Source of the DNA: Eledone cirrhosa | Lineage: Eukaryota | Length of the DNA stretch: 64,000 nucleotides | Assembly (NCBI GenBank): GCA_964016885.1 | Contig: OZ024741.1 | Coordinates: 81,158,001 to 81,222,000, forward strand | Reading direction: 5' to 3' | Shown here: piece by piece, positions 1 through 12,721 of the stretch | Layout: each line of letters begins with the position of its first letter | Numbering within the stretch: the stretch's first letter is position 1 | Notes under the pieces: model-generated | Seen by the model: only the letters and a program-made list of their open reading frames with translations | Told to the model about the DNA's origin: nothing | The model's database searches: none | Made by a program: the position numbers and the translations under genes

Positions 1-1069
1 CCTACAGGCCTGCTCCAGCCACAGACTTCGTCTGCCGCCGTCAGCAGGTTTGCTTTCAGGAATTCCCACTGTTCCTCTACCTTGTACGTCTCTAATTGCT
101 CTTCCTCACTGTCGAAAGCATCAAGTAATATGCTTTGGAATTTATTTTTGGCTGTGGGGTCCTTTAGCTTCCATATTTTTCTCCTGAGGATAGTCCTCTT
201 CTGTTGTCTAGTACGTCTCGTCCTGACTATTAGGTCGCTAATTATCAGTCTATGTTGGGAAGTGCATTGTTCATGGGGGAGGGATTTAGTGTTTACGACA
301 GTCACTTTGTCACGTCTTCTGGTAAGGATATAATCTACCTGGCTAGTATGTTCCCCTGATCTGTAGGTGATCAAGTGATTGTCTCGTTTTTTGAAGTTAG
401 TGTTGCAGATAGTTAGGTTATTTGCGTCGCAGAATTCCAGGATTCTGGAGCCTTCCTCATTTCTAGTACCAAACCCATAGCCTCCATGGATTTCGTTGTA
501 GCCGTCACAATGTTGTCCAACGTGACCGTTTAGGTCACCTGCAATAATTATATAGTCACTGTCGGTTATTTGGGAGGTAGTGAGCATCAGTGTCTCATAG
601 AATCTGTCTTTTATAGTGCCGGGCAGTCCGGATTGGGGTGCGTACGCGGATATTACTGTCACAGTAGTTCTATTGAGGACAAGTCTTATTTTAATTATTC
701 TGTCGTTCACTCTATTTACGTCTATTATCTTATCTGCCCACTTTTCTGCTACCATGATTCCTACTCCACCCAGCCCATTGTCGTTTCCCACCCAGAAAAG
801 CTTATATCATCGTTTTCTACCCACAATGTATCTAGCAGATCCACCCCTCCACCTGGTCTCTTGGATACAACAAACATCGACCTCCTAACGTTCAAGCATT
901 TCTACAACCTCGTTAGAGCAACCCTTTAAGGTGCCTACATTCAAGGTACCAAATCTGAAGTTTTGGATTGCGTTTGGGGGGTTGGAAAGGTGGGGAGCGG
1001 GGGGAGATGGGGTTATGTTAGCCATCCGCGGCCGAAACAAAGAGGCATGCTCGCATTTTCGTCCTCGAG

Positions 1070-1070
<1 letters not shown>
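1..1070 (-). mobile_element. RTE-clade LINE, 5' part (APE endonuclease region), decayed; continues beyond window start
   Basis: Minus translation ...[29 protein letters not shown] followed by sequence closely matching the reverse complement of ~3985-5060; in-frame stop at 885-887. Confidence 0.93.
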
Positions 1071-1104
<34 letters not shown>

Positions 1105-1149
1105 CATATATACATATATATACATACATATATATATATATATATATAC

Positions 1150-1183
<34 letters not shown>

Positions 1184-1341
1184 ATATATATACATACATA
1201 CATATATATACATACATATATACATATATATATACATACATACATATATATACATACATATATACATATATATACATATATATACATACATATATACATA
1301 TATATACATACATATATATATATATACACATACATATATAT

Positions 1342-1372
<31 letters not shown>

Positions 1373-1453
1373 CATACATATATATATATACATACATATA
1401 TATATATAAATACATACATATATATATATATATATATACATACATACATACAT

Positions 1454-1490
<37 letters not shown>

Positions 1491-1566
1491 CATACATATA
1501 TATATATATACATACATATATATATACATATATATATACATATATACATATATATATATATATCTA
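1071..1566. repeat. Compound (TA)n/(TACA)n microsatellite
   Basis: Direct inspection. Confidence 0.97.
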
Positions 1567-1567
1567 T

Positions 1568-2050
1568 GAGTGAGTTTCTTGGTCAGTGTCCAAGTCTCAG
1601 ACCCATACAGCAGCACAGACTCCACTACAGCAATGAAGAGGCGGATTTTCAGGTCTCTACGAAGGTCCGACTTCCACACTGATCTCAAGCTGATGGTGGA
1701 TGGGTGCTACACGAGAATGCTGAGGATGGCTCTGAACATTAATCAGTATACACTGAGGATGAAAAACTCAGAGCTGTATGGGAGCATCCCAAAAGTCAGC
1801 TCAAAAGTGACAGAGGAGACTGAGGTTAGCTGGACATGCTCACCGACATCCAGAGTTGACATTGCACTCAGTGCTCCTTTGGGAGCCCCTACATGGACAC
1901 ACTAGAAGAGGAAGACCAAGGTTAACGTATGTTGATGCCCTAAGGACAGACACTGGTCTGTTGGAGACGCAGGACATGGCAGCGATAATGAGGAACAGAG
2001 ACCGCTGGAGAGAACTCGTCCATGGATCTCGGGAATTTTACCCGCCTTAG
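1568..2050 (+). mobile_element. 5'-truncated RTE-type LINE 3' end (different family) with 5' inversion
   Basis: 1568-1689 minus: [36 protein letters not shown]; 1690-2050 plus: [17 protein letters not shown]...RRGRPRLTYVD...RDRWRELV, stop, then (AT)n. Confidence 0.88.
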
Positions 2051-2074
2051 ATATATATATATATATATATATAT

Positions 2075-3511
2075 ATAGGAACGAGTAGGACCCCGATGGC
2101 TGAGCTCAAGCCGTTTCGACGGCTAATTCTGGACTAAATGAGCATTTTTATCCTGGTACATGAATAGCCAAGCTTCTCAGGGGGTAATTCCATATATGGT
2201 AAAAGTGATTGTCACAAGGATTGGTCAAAAGTTTGTTGTTGAGACACATAATCTATCATGGCAATTTGTGGTAGGAAGGGGTAGCTGAACTTGCCAGTAG
2301 AAAAAGAGGGAGAGGGAGTAGAGGAAACCCAGTCGTGCGTTGATAGTGCCAACTACAGCAAGATCCTAAGGGCAGGAGGTCAAGAAAGTATACTAGGGAG
2401 GGGGAGGAAGTCAAAACAATAAGTAAATCAATATGGAGTAAATATAATAAGAATGTTAAAAATATTAAAAAAACACAATTTCTGGTTACTATTCCCTTAC
2501 CACAATCATCAAGTCTCTCACTGGTACTGCTGGACTATAGAAAAGTTTACTAGGTGGGACGGAATTGTAGTGAAAGGATTTTATGAATTAGTAGTAATCA
2601 ACCAAGTCTATCTTACAGTGACAGGTCAACAAGTAAGGGGCCAAAATACTAAATAAACTACTACAAAATAATAATTCAGAGTCCCGAAACTAATACGAAA
2701 TTATAATTCAGAATCCTGAAAATGAATACTAATACTATCTCTAAGGGTGCCGCTACGATACAAAAATTCTAGTACAAACAACATAAATGCTCGTATGATA
2801 TATATGAAAAATTTGATACGGAAAATTAATTCAGAACCCCTTCCCCACAAAAAAAAAATAATAAATACTGATATACGAGAAACTAAAGCAGAGATACCAC
2901 TGAGAAAAGTAGAAGGCACGGAAATGGGGCAGCCACCGGATAAGAAAGCAAGTATCTGGGGTCTATCACATCTGCTATAAAAAGCGGAGTCGGCCAATTC
3001 TATCATAGAATAGGGGATGGGGTGGGGGCACTGAGGCTACAAAGGACCAAAGGGCTGCCTCGGGGTGGGCGAGAAAGTGAAAAGGACGTCGACAAAGAAG
3101 GAGAACTGGGGTGGGAGGACTAGGAAGGGATGGGGGGAAGGAAATATAGAGGAAACGATAAAAAGATATAAAAGAAAATCTTACGTCTACCTTTGCAAAC
3201 AGGGGTTACCCATTACAAAGTCGGCAAGTGGGGTGTTACAGCCCTTGTCTACCCCTCCCCCGGGTCACACACAGAAAAAAGATGGCGTAGGACAGAACAA
3301 AGGAGAGGCACAAAAACAAAGAAAGGAATCCCCAGTCACTGAAGAGGTCACAGAATGTGTGACGAAAGAACTTTGACAATATATAAACAATCATCTGGTT
3401 GTGGAACCAACCAACCAACCGGAAATTTATAAATGTATTATAATAAATTGAAGTAAAAGCAACTGGTGCGTGTGTTCCTTATTGGCAACATGACCCTCCC
3501 AAAGTATAACA
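2075..3511 (+). mobile_element. Probable solo LTR (~1.4 kb)
   Basis: Non-coding complex block between (TA)n tracts; TATAAAA at 2976, AATAAA at 3442 about 65 nt before a terminal ...TATAACA; the 5' TG is not preserved (TATAGGAAC) and no TSD can be resolved in the microsatellite. Confidence 0.4.
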
Positions 3512-3855
3512 ATATATATACATACATATATATTCATATGATCATCATCATCATCATTTTACATCCGCTTTTCCGTGCTTGCAAATACATATATATATAT
3601 ATGTATTTACGGATAATGGTTTAACCATCGTCTCAGTATGTTTGGCCTGTAAACGTACATTGTTGTTCTAGTTCACTAGTTTCTATGGAGCGCTTGCCTC
3701 ACATCTCGGAAGTTGTTTTTCGCTAATTTCCAATAGCCGAAATGCGATTCTCGCTAATTTATATTTGTATATATATATATATACCTACACATATATATAC
3801 ACACATACATATATATATATACATATATCTATATATACACACATATATACATATC

Positions 3856-6800
3856 AACGGCCTATGCTATCACTTCTGGCTGCTTTTCGTTATGATGGAT
3901 GGACGAAGGAATTTCTGAAGAGTCTGAAGAATCTGGACACTCAATGACAATGCCAAAGATAACGACAAATTCACCTCATGCTGCCGGACGAAAGGGCAAG
4001 GCCCCCGCCTCTTTGTTTCGGCCGCGGATGGCCAACATAACCCCAACCCCATCCCCCTCACCCCTCCCTGCGCCCCATCCTCCAAACACAATCCAAAACT
4101 TCAGAGTTGGTACCATGAATGTAGGCACCTTAAAAGGCCGCTCTAACGAGGTTGTAGAAATGCTTGAACGTAAGGAGGTTGATGTTTGCTGTATACAAGA
4201 GACCAGGTGGAGAGGCGGGTCGGCTAGATTCATTGTGGGTAAAAAATGTTGCTATAAGCTTTTCTGGGTGGGAAATGACAATGGGATAGGTGGGGTAGGA
4301 ATCATGTTAGCAGAAAAATGGGTGGATAAGATAATAGATGTAAATAGAGTGAATGACAGAATAATTAAAATAAGACTTGTTCTAAATAGAACTACTGTGA
4401 CAGTAATATCTGCATACGCGCCACAATCCGGACTGCCTGGCACTATAAAAGACAGATTCTATGAGACACTGATGCTCACTACCTCCCAAATAACCGACAG
4501 TGACTATATAATTATTGCTGGTGACCTAAATGGCCACGTTGGACAACATTGTGACGGCTATGACGGAATCCACGGAGGCTATGGGTTTGGTACTAGAAAC
4601 GAGGAAGGCTCCAGAATCCTGGAATTCTGTGATGCAAATAACCTAACTATCTGTAACACTAACTTCAAAAAACGAGACAATCACTTGATCACCTCCAGAT
4701 CAGGGGAACATACCAGCCAGGTAGATTATATCCTTACCAGAAGACGTGACAGAGTGTCTGTTGTAAACACTAAATCCTTCCCCCATGAAGAATGCACCTC
4801 CCAACATAGACTGATAATTAGCGACCCCATAGTCAGGACGAGACGTACTAGACAGCAGAAGAGGACTATCCTCAGGAGAAAAATATAGAAGCTATAAGGA
4901 CCCCACAGCCAGAAATAAATTTAAAAGCATATTACTTGATGCTTTCGACAGCAAGGAAGAGCAATTAGAGTCGTACAATATAGAGGAACAGTGGGAATTC
5001 CTGAAAGCAAACCCGCTGATGGCGACGGACAAAGTCTGTGGCTGGAGCAGGCCTGTAGGCAGCAGGAGAGTAACATGGTGGTGGAACAGTAAGGAGGAGG
5101 AGTCAATTAAGGCCTAAAAGCAGGCTTGGAAAGTATGGCGGGATGGGGGAAGCAGAGAAGACTATCAAGTGACCAGGAGGGAAGCTAGGAGACAAGTGTA
5201 CTTCGCAAGAAGGGAAGCAGAGGAAAGAAAGTTCAAGCATGTTCTACAACGCGAGGACCAAAAACGTGAGGTGTTCAGGATTGCTAGGCAATGTGTCAAG
5301 GAAAACCGTGATATTGTTGGGGAGAAGTGTGTACTTAATGATGATGGCGTACTTGCCATCACTGACGCTGATAAGAAGGTAGCTTGGAAGTGTCATTACG
5401 AAAGGCTACTAAATGAGGAGAATAAATGGGAGAAAGACAGTCTCCCCCACATCGACCCAATAGAGGGACCAGCAGTGTTAGTCGAGGGTAGTATAATAAG
5501 TAAGGCAATCAAAGATATGAAGACAGGTAAGGCGGCTGGGCCTTCGGAAATAGTTGCTGAGATGCTGAAAGCCTCTGGAACGGTGGGACACACCATGGTC
5601 ACCCGGATAGTAAACCAAGTCATACAGAATGGGGTTGTTCCGAAGGACTGGCGTAGCAGCATCATCATTAACTGCTACAAGGGTAAAGGAGATGCCCTAG
5701 ATAGGAGTAACTATAGAGGCATTAAATTAATTGACCAGGTCATGAAGGTCACGGAAAAAGTAATAGCGCAACTAATCAGAGAGAGAATTGATCTAGATGA
5801 AATGCAGTTCCGGTTTGTGTCAGGCAAAAGTACCACAGACGCTCTTTTCATTGTACGACAACTACAGGAGAAGTACCTAGTTAAAAGTAAACCCCTATAC
5901 TTAACTTTTGTCGACTTGGAGAAAGCCTTCGACAGAGTCCCCCGTTCCATTATCTGGTGGGCTCTTAGAAAACTAGGTGTTGATGAATGGCTTGTGAGAG
6001 CTATACAAGCATGTATAAAGAAACAGTCAGCAAGGTTAGAATTAACAATGAATATAGTGAAGAGTTTAGCGTAAAAGCTGGTGTTCATCATCAGGGCTCT
6101 GTTCTTAGCCCCCTACTATTTATTATTGCCCTTCAGGCTATAACAGTGGAGTTCAAGACCGGCTGCCCATGGCAACTCCTATACACAGATGATCTAATGC
6201 TCATAGCTGAATCAATGGCCGAGCTAGAGAAAAAATTCCAAACACGGAAGCACGGCCTAGAATCAAAAGGCCTTAAAATTAACCTGGCTAAGACTAAAGT
6301 TCTAGTTTGTAGGAAAGAAAATAAGGCGCCGGTTCCTTCCGGGAAAAGGCCATGCTCAGTGTGTAGGAAAGGCGTAGGTAGAAACTACATTTTATGTCCC
6401 AAATGCAAAGTATGGGTGCATAAAAGATGTAGTGGATCACAGGTAAGCTAACTAAGAACATAGATTTTACATGTGGCCGGTGCTCTGGTGCAATAAGTAG
6501 CAGCAAGTGCCCACAAAATACTAGCTCTTTCAATTGCGCAGAGGGTTCTATAGAAATAGTGGACAGCTTCCGTTACCTGGGTGACAAAATCAGCAGTGGG
6601 GGAGGGTGCTCGGAAAGTACAGTAGCTAGAGTCAGAACTGGATGGAAAAGGTTCAGAGAGCTTATACCACTATTAGCTGCTAAAGGGTTCTCCCTAAAAA
6701 TGATGCCTGCATACGAACAGCAATGTTGCATGGCAGTGAGACCTGGGCATTGTGTGCAGAGGATATACGCAGACTAGAGAGGAACGAAGCTTGCATGCTC

Positions 6801-7497
6801 CGCTGGATGTGTAATAGTAATATACGTGAACGGCAAAGCATAAACGAACTAAGGGAAAAATTAGAAATAAGAGGGATCAGATGTTGTTTACTCGAGAGAA
6901 GGCTACGTTGGTATGGTCACGTGATGCGCATGAAAGACAGCTGTATAAAAAAGTGCAGGGCAATAAAGATAGACGGTAGCCACGGAGTAGGCAGACCCAG
7001 AAAAACCTGGGACGACCTGATAAATTCCTACCTCACACACTTACACCTCTCCAAGACAATGTCAATGGACCGAGATCTTTGGCGGTACTCAGTAATAGAG
7101 AAGACCCGCCTTACCTAAATACAAAGTAAAACCTACTACAGTCAGTAGGCATCTCTAACAAAATACACCCCCGTCCCACCACCCCCACGCCGCCCCTTTC
7201 AATGTAAAGTTATGTTGGTGCCACAACATCCAGGCCGAAACAAATGAGATCGTGTAGGTGTGACGACAAAAAACACACAGTCCACGCTGTAATGTGGCCG
7301 TGTAGGCAACACGGTAAAAACCTCCCAGTCCCACACTGTAAATGTGGTTGGTGTTAGGAAGGGCATTCAGCTGTAGAAAACCCGCCAGACAGTCCTATGC
7401 AAGCAAGACAACCACTCTTGCCTCAAGTGGGAAAACTCCCGTCCAAACCCATGCAAGCGTGGAACATGGACGTTAAACGACGATGATGATGATGATA
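3856..7497 (+). mobile_element. Near full-length RTE-clade LINE, inactivated by stops and frameshifts
   Basis: APE endonuclease ORF 3899-4888 (TMNVGTL, CIQETRW, AGDLNGHVG, QVDYILTR); RT in 5169-6074 and 5987-6451 (NYRGIKL, FVDLEKAFDRVP, QGSVLSPLLF, YTDD); 6559-7118 C-terminus (RLRWYGHVMR, GRPRKTW); 3' UTR ending GGACGTTAAACGACGATGATG. Confidence 0.97.
3899..7118 (+). pseudogene. RTE ORF (APE endonuclease - reverse transcriptase with PHD-type finger), broken into 5 or more fragments
   Basis: ORF track fragments 3899-4888, 5169-6074, 5987-6451, 6559-6777, 6723-7118 are collinear with the open ORF at 49635-51263. Confidence 0.93.
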
Positions 7498-7534
7498 CAC
7501 ATACATATATATACATATATATATACACACATAT

Positions 7535-7748
7535 AGTCCACGCTGTAATGTGGCCGTGTAGGTAACACGGTAAAAACCTCCCAGTCCACACTGTAAACGT
7601 GGTTGGTGTTAGGAAGGGCATCCAGCCGTAGAAAACCTGCCAGACAGTCCTATATGAGCAAGACAACCAATCTTGCCTCAAGTGGGAAAATTCCTGTCCA
7701 AACCCATGCAAGTGTGGAAGATGGATGTTAAACGATGATGATGATGAT
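7535..7748 (+). mobile_element. Second, 5'-truncated copy of the same RTE 3' UTR
   Basis: Repeats ~7279-7497 (AGTCCACGCTGTAATGTGGCC...TTAAACGATGATG). Confidence 0.9.
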
Positions 7749-7773
7749 ACATATATATTAACACATACATATA

Positions 7774-8662
<889 letters not shown>

Positions 8663-8897
8663 TATACACATACATACATATATACACATACATATATATA
8701 TACATATATATATACACATATATATATACACATACATATATATATACACATACATATATACACAAATACATATATATACACACATACATATATATACACA
8801 CACATACATATATATACACACACACATATATACACATACATATATATATACACACACACACATATATACACATACATATATACATACACACACACAC

Positions 8898-8928
<31 letters not shown>

Positions 8929-8955
8929 CACACACATATATATATATATATACAT

Positions 8956-8986
<31 letters not shown>

Positions 8987-8990
8987 CACA
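8663..8990. repeat. (TA)n/(CA)n compound microsatellite
   Basis: Direct inspection. Confidence 0.95.
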
Positions 8991-9571
8991 TGTTTATATT
9001 TAAAAAAAGGAAAAGAGTGACTTCACTTGTAGTTCTAAACAATTTGATTTAATTTTATAATATTATGATTTTACAATTTGGTTTTGTAGATCTAGTAATT
9101 TCTTTGTTAACTTCGGTGGGGAGATTTTTAATGATTCCTGGTTAACACATACACACACATATATACACATATACATCATCATCATCATCATCATCATCGT
9201 TTAACGTCCATCTTCCACGCTAGCATGGGTTTCGATATATATACATAAACATATACGTACATATATGTATATATATCTATACATACATATATGTATATAT
9301 ATCTATACATACATATATGTATATCTACATATACATACAAATATATATGTATGTATATATCTATATATACATATATATATATATACCAGGGAAAAGCGGA
9401 CGTAAAATGATGATGATGATATATATAGATGTGAGAAAAACCACAGACCCCCCATCTCAACTCACCTTTTGAAAAGCAGAAGAACTGCGAAACCGGTAAA
9501 GGAACCAAATAAATATATATATTTAAAAAAAAAATAAGACTCCAGTTGCATTTTCGATTTCATCTCTTTTT

Positions 9572-9610
<39 letters not shown>

Positions 9611-10179
9611 TCTCTCTCTCTCTATATATATATACACACACATGCATCACCACCAACAAGACATAAAGATCAAAGATTAACTACAGCAGTTGCAGCACAG
9701 GTAAAGGTAAATAAACTCATACAAGTACAGGTGTGTATGTGTGCATGTGAATGTGTGTGTGTGTCTGTGTGAGTGAATGTTTGCATGTATGTGTGTGTGC
9801 ATACCTGTGCATTTAGACTGAAACGCAATTTCAGATTATTGAAGAATTTCAGGAATGCCACTCACCCCTTCTCCCACTGCCAACACTACTTCCACACCTT
9901 TCTCCTTTCACTGAAGCCACTTTGCCCCTCTGCTGCAATTGCCACTGCCACTACTTCCCACCTCCCACCAGCAGCACTGGCCTCATTGCCACGGTGAGCC
10001 TGCTGACCTTGACCATAGTAAGATTTCCACCATAGTAGCCCAACATAAGAAAGGATCATGGATTGATGATGACATGGTAGAAAGCATATACAGAAGACAG
10101 GAAGGTGGAATGAAGGAAAGAAGAGAAGTGGAAAGATGGAAGAGAGGAAGGAAGGAAGGAACGTGGAAAAGAGGAAGGA

Positions 10180-10925
10180 AGGAAAATGTAAAGGAAAGTG
10201 TAAGGAAGGAAAGTGTAAAGAAGGAGGAAGGAAAGTGTAAGGAAGGAAAATGTAAAGGAAAGTGTAAAGAAGGAAAGTGTAAAGAAGGAAAGCGTAAAGA
10301 AGGAAAGTGTAAAGAAGGAAAGTGTAAAGAAGGAAAGCGTAAAGAAGGAAAGTGTAAAGAAGGAAAGCGTAAAGGAAAGCGTAAAGAAGGAAAGTGTAAG
10401 GAAGGAAAGTGTAAGGATGGAAAATGTAAAGGAAAGCGTAAAGAAGGAAAGTGTAAAGAAGGAAAGCGTAAAGAAGGAAAGCGTAAAGAAGGAAAGCGTA
10501 AGGAAGGAAAGTGTAAGGAAGGAAAATGTAAAGGAAAGCGTAAAGAAGGAAAGTGTAAAGAAGGAAAGCGTAAGGAAGGAAGTGTAAGGAAGGAAAGTGT
10601 AAAGAAGGAAAGCGTAAAGAAGGAAAGCGTAAAGAAGGAAAGCGTAAAGAAGGAAAGCGTAAAGAAGGAAAGCGTAAAGAAGGAAAGTGTAAGGAAGGAA
10701 AGTGTAAAGAAGGAAAGCGTAAAGAAGGAAAGCGTAAAGAAGGAAAGTGTAAGGAAGGAAAGCGTAAAGAAGGAAAGTGTAAGGAAGGAAAGCGTAAAGA
10801 AGGAAAGCGTAAGGAAGGAAAGTGTAAGGAAGGAAAGTGTAAAGAAGGAAAGTGTCAGGAAGGAAATTCTAAAGAAGGAAAGTGTAAGGAAGGAATGTGT
10901 AAAGAAGGAAAGTGTAAAGAGGGAA
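10180..10925. repeat. 15-bp purine-rich minisatellite (AAGGAAAG[T/C]GTAA[A/G]G)n
   Basis: Dozens of tandem units; explains the K/E/G/C-rich ORF 9939-10949. Confidence 0.95.
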
Positions 10926-11314
10926 AGAAACAGAGAAAGGCAGGAGTGAGGGGGAAAAGGAAGGAAGGAAGGAAGCAGGGGTTTGAATGGAAGGAGGGAG
11001 ACAGAAGTAAGAAAAGGAAGAATGAAGGAAATAGAGAAGGAAGAAAAGATGTAGAAAGAGAAGATAGGAATGAATGAAAGAAAGAAGGAAACAATGAAGA
11101 AAAAGAGGAGGAAGGAAGGAAAGACAGACAGAAAGAAGTAAGAAATAAGATAAAGAAAGAGGGGGCAGAAGGAACATTAGGTAGGTAGAAATATTAGAGA
11201 AAAACGAAGGATGAAAGGAATGAAAGGAAAGAATCAAAGTAAAAAGCAAATACAAAAGATGGTGGTGGTGATGACAGTGGGGTGGCAATGGTTAACTCTT
11301 GCTATTACCTTTAT

Positions 11315-11493
11315 GTGATGGTGGTGGTTTTAGTGGTGATGCTGGTGTCAGTGGTGGTAGTGATGCTGGTGTTGGTGGTGATGTTACTGGTGGAGGTGAT
11401 GTTGGTGGTGGAGGTGATGCTGGTGGCGGTGGTGATGCTGGTGGTGATGTTGGTGGTGGTGGTGCTGGTGGTGCTGGTGTTGGTAGTAGTAGT
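11315..11493. repeat. Degenerate (GGT/GAT/GCT)n trinucleotide repeat
   Basis: Direct inspection. Confidence 0.9.
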
Positions 11494-12608
11494 GAAACGT
11501 GAAGGCTAGTGAGGGTGGGTGAAAATGTTAGCTAACAGAGTTTCAAACTAATTTAACAGATGTTTGGATGATTGAGAAGAATGAATGGTATTTATTCCAG
11601 ATCCACTAGTAGAAGCCGGTAATGTCGGCTTGTTATACCCCCTCCCCCTCCACCCAATCCATGAATCTAGTCTCAATTAGAAATGTGTAATCAAAGTCTG
11701 AAAGGTGGTGGTGGTGGTAGTGTTGGCAGTAGGGTATGTTTCTTTTGGATTTGCTGATAGGAACATAGAGAGAGAGAGAGATGGGGGAAGGGAGATAGAA
11801 AGAGGGAGAGAGAGAATGGGGGAAAGGAGATAGAAAGAGGGAGAGAGAGAATGGAGACATAGAGAGAGAAGAGAGGGAAGGGAGAGGGAGAGAAAGGGAT
11901 AAAAAGAGAGTAGAGGCAGTAAATTAAAGGTAAATTGAGAAGAGAAGATTGCAAAAAAAAAAAAAAAAAAAAAAAAAAAAGTGAAAGAAAAATCTACAAA
12001 AACAACAATTATCAATAAAAATAAGTATCAATTTCCTCTCCATTACGTTTGCTTTTTTACTATTCTTCTTATTATTATTTAAACTCTTTCAGTTGAAATT
12101 TCCTGAGCTAAGATTTAATATAATTCCAGTGGACAGATTCTATTTTCTTAAATTGAGGAATTAGGTTAGACAGGGAAAAAAATATATAAATAAAAATAAA
12201 GTAAAAAATGGAATTAAAAAAAAATAAAGTGAAAAATATAATAAAATACAGAAAGAAATTTCGATTGCAAAATTTAAAGTTCATACATGCACAAAAACAC
12301 CAGCTAACGTGCATGTGCACAAACTAACACACACACAAACATACTTACAAACACTAACAGATGTACACATAGAAACACTAACACGTACACAAACAAACTA
12401 ATACATACATACAAGGAAATCCACATGTGATTTCACGATAGTGATGATGATGATGATTTCTTTTATTTATTACAGGGACATTAAAAAGACAAGCTACAAA
12501 AAAACGTGTGAATGGGTGTGTGAGAGAGTTTTTACATAGAAATTGAATAAAAGATTAAAATAGAAGGGAAAGGGAAAATTCAGTTGTAATATTTAAAGTT
12601 CATACAGA

Positions 12609-12674
<66 letters not shown>

Positions 12675-12721
12675 AAACCCTGCATGTGATTCTCCAATGA
12701 TGATGGTGGTGTTAATGATGG

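Noticed and set aside
885-1688. Long YI/YM/HT-rich ORFs here and at 8574-9042, 34174-34560, 35951-36299, 57587-58184 and similar
   Set aside because: Translations of TA/CA microsatellites, which lack stop codons by composition
3856-3980. HDV-like ribozyme in the RTE 5' end
   Set aside because: No nested double pseudoknot is recognisable by eye, and the element appears 5'-clipped at the microsatellite
9939-10949. 336-aa K/E-rich ORF as a host gene
   Set aside because: Fully explained by a 15-bp minisatellite; non-ATG start and no splice context
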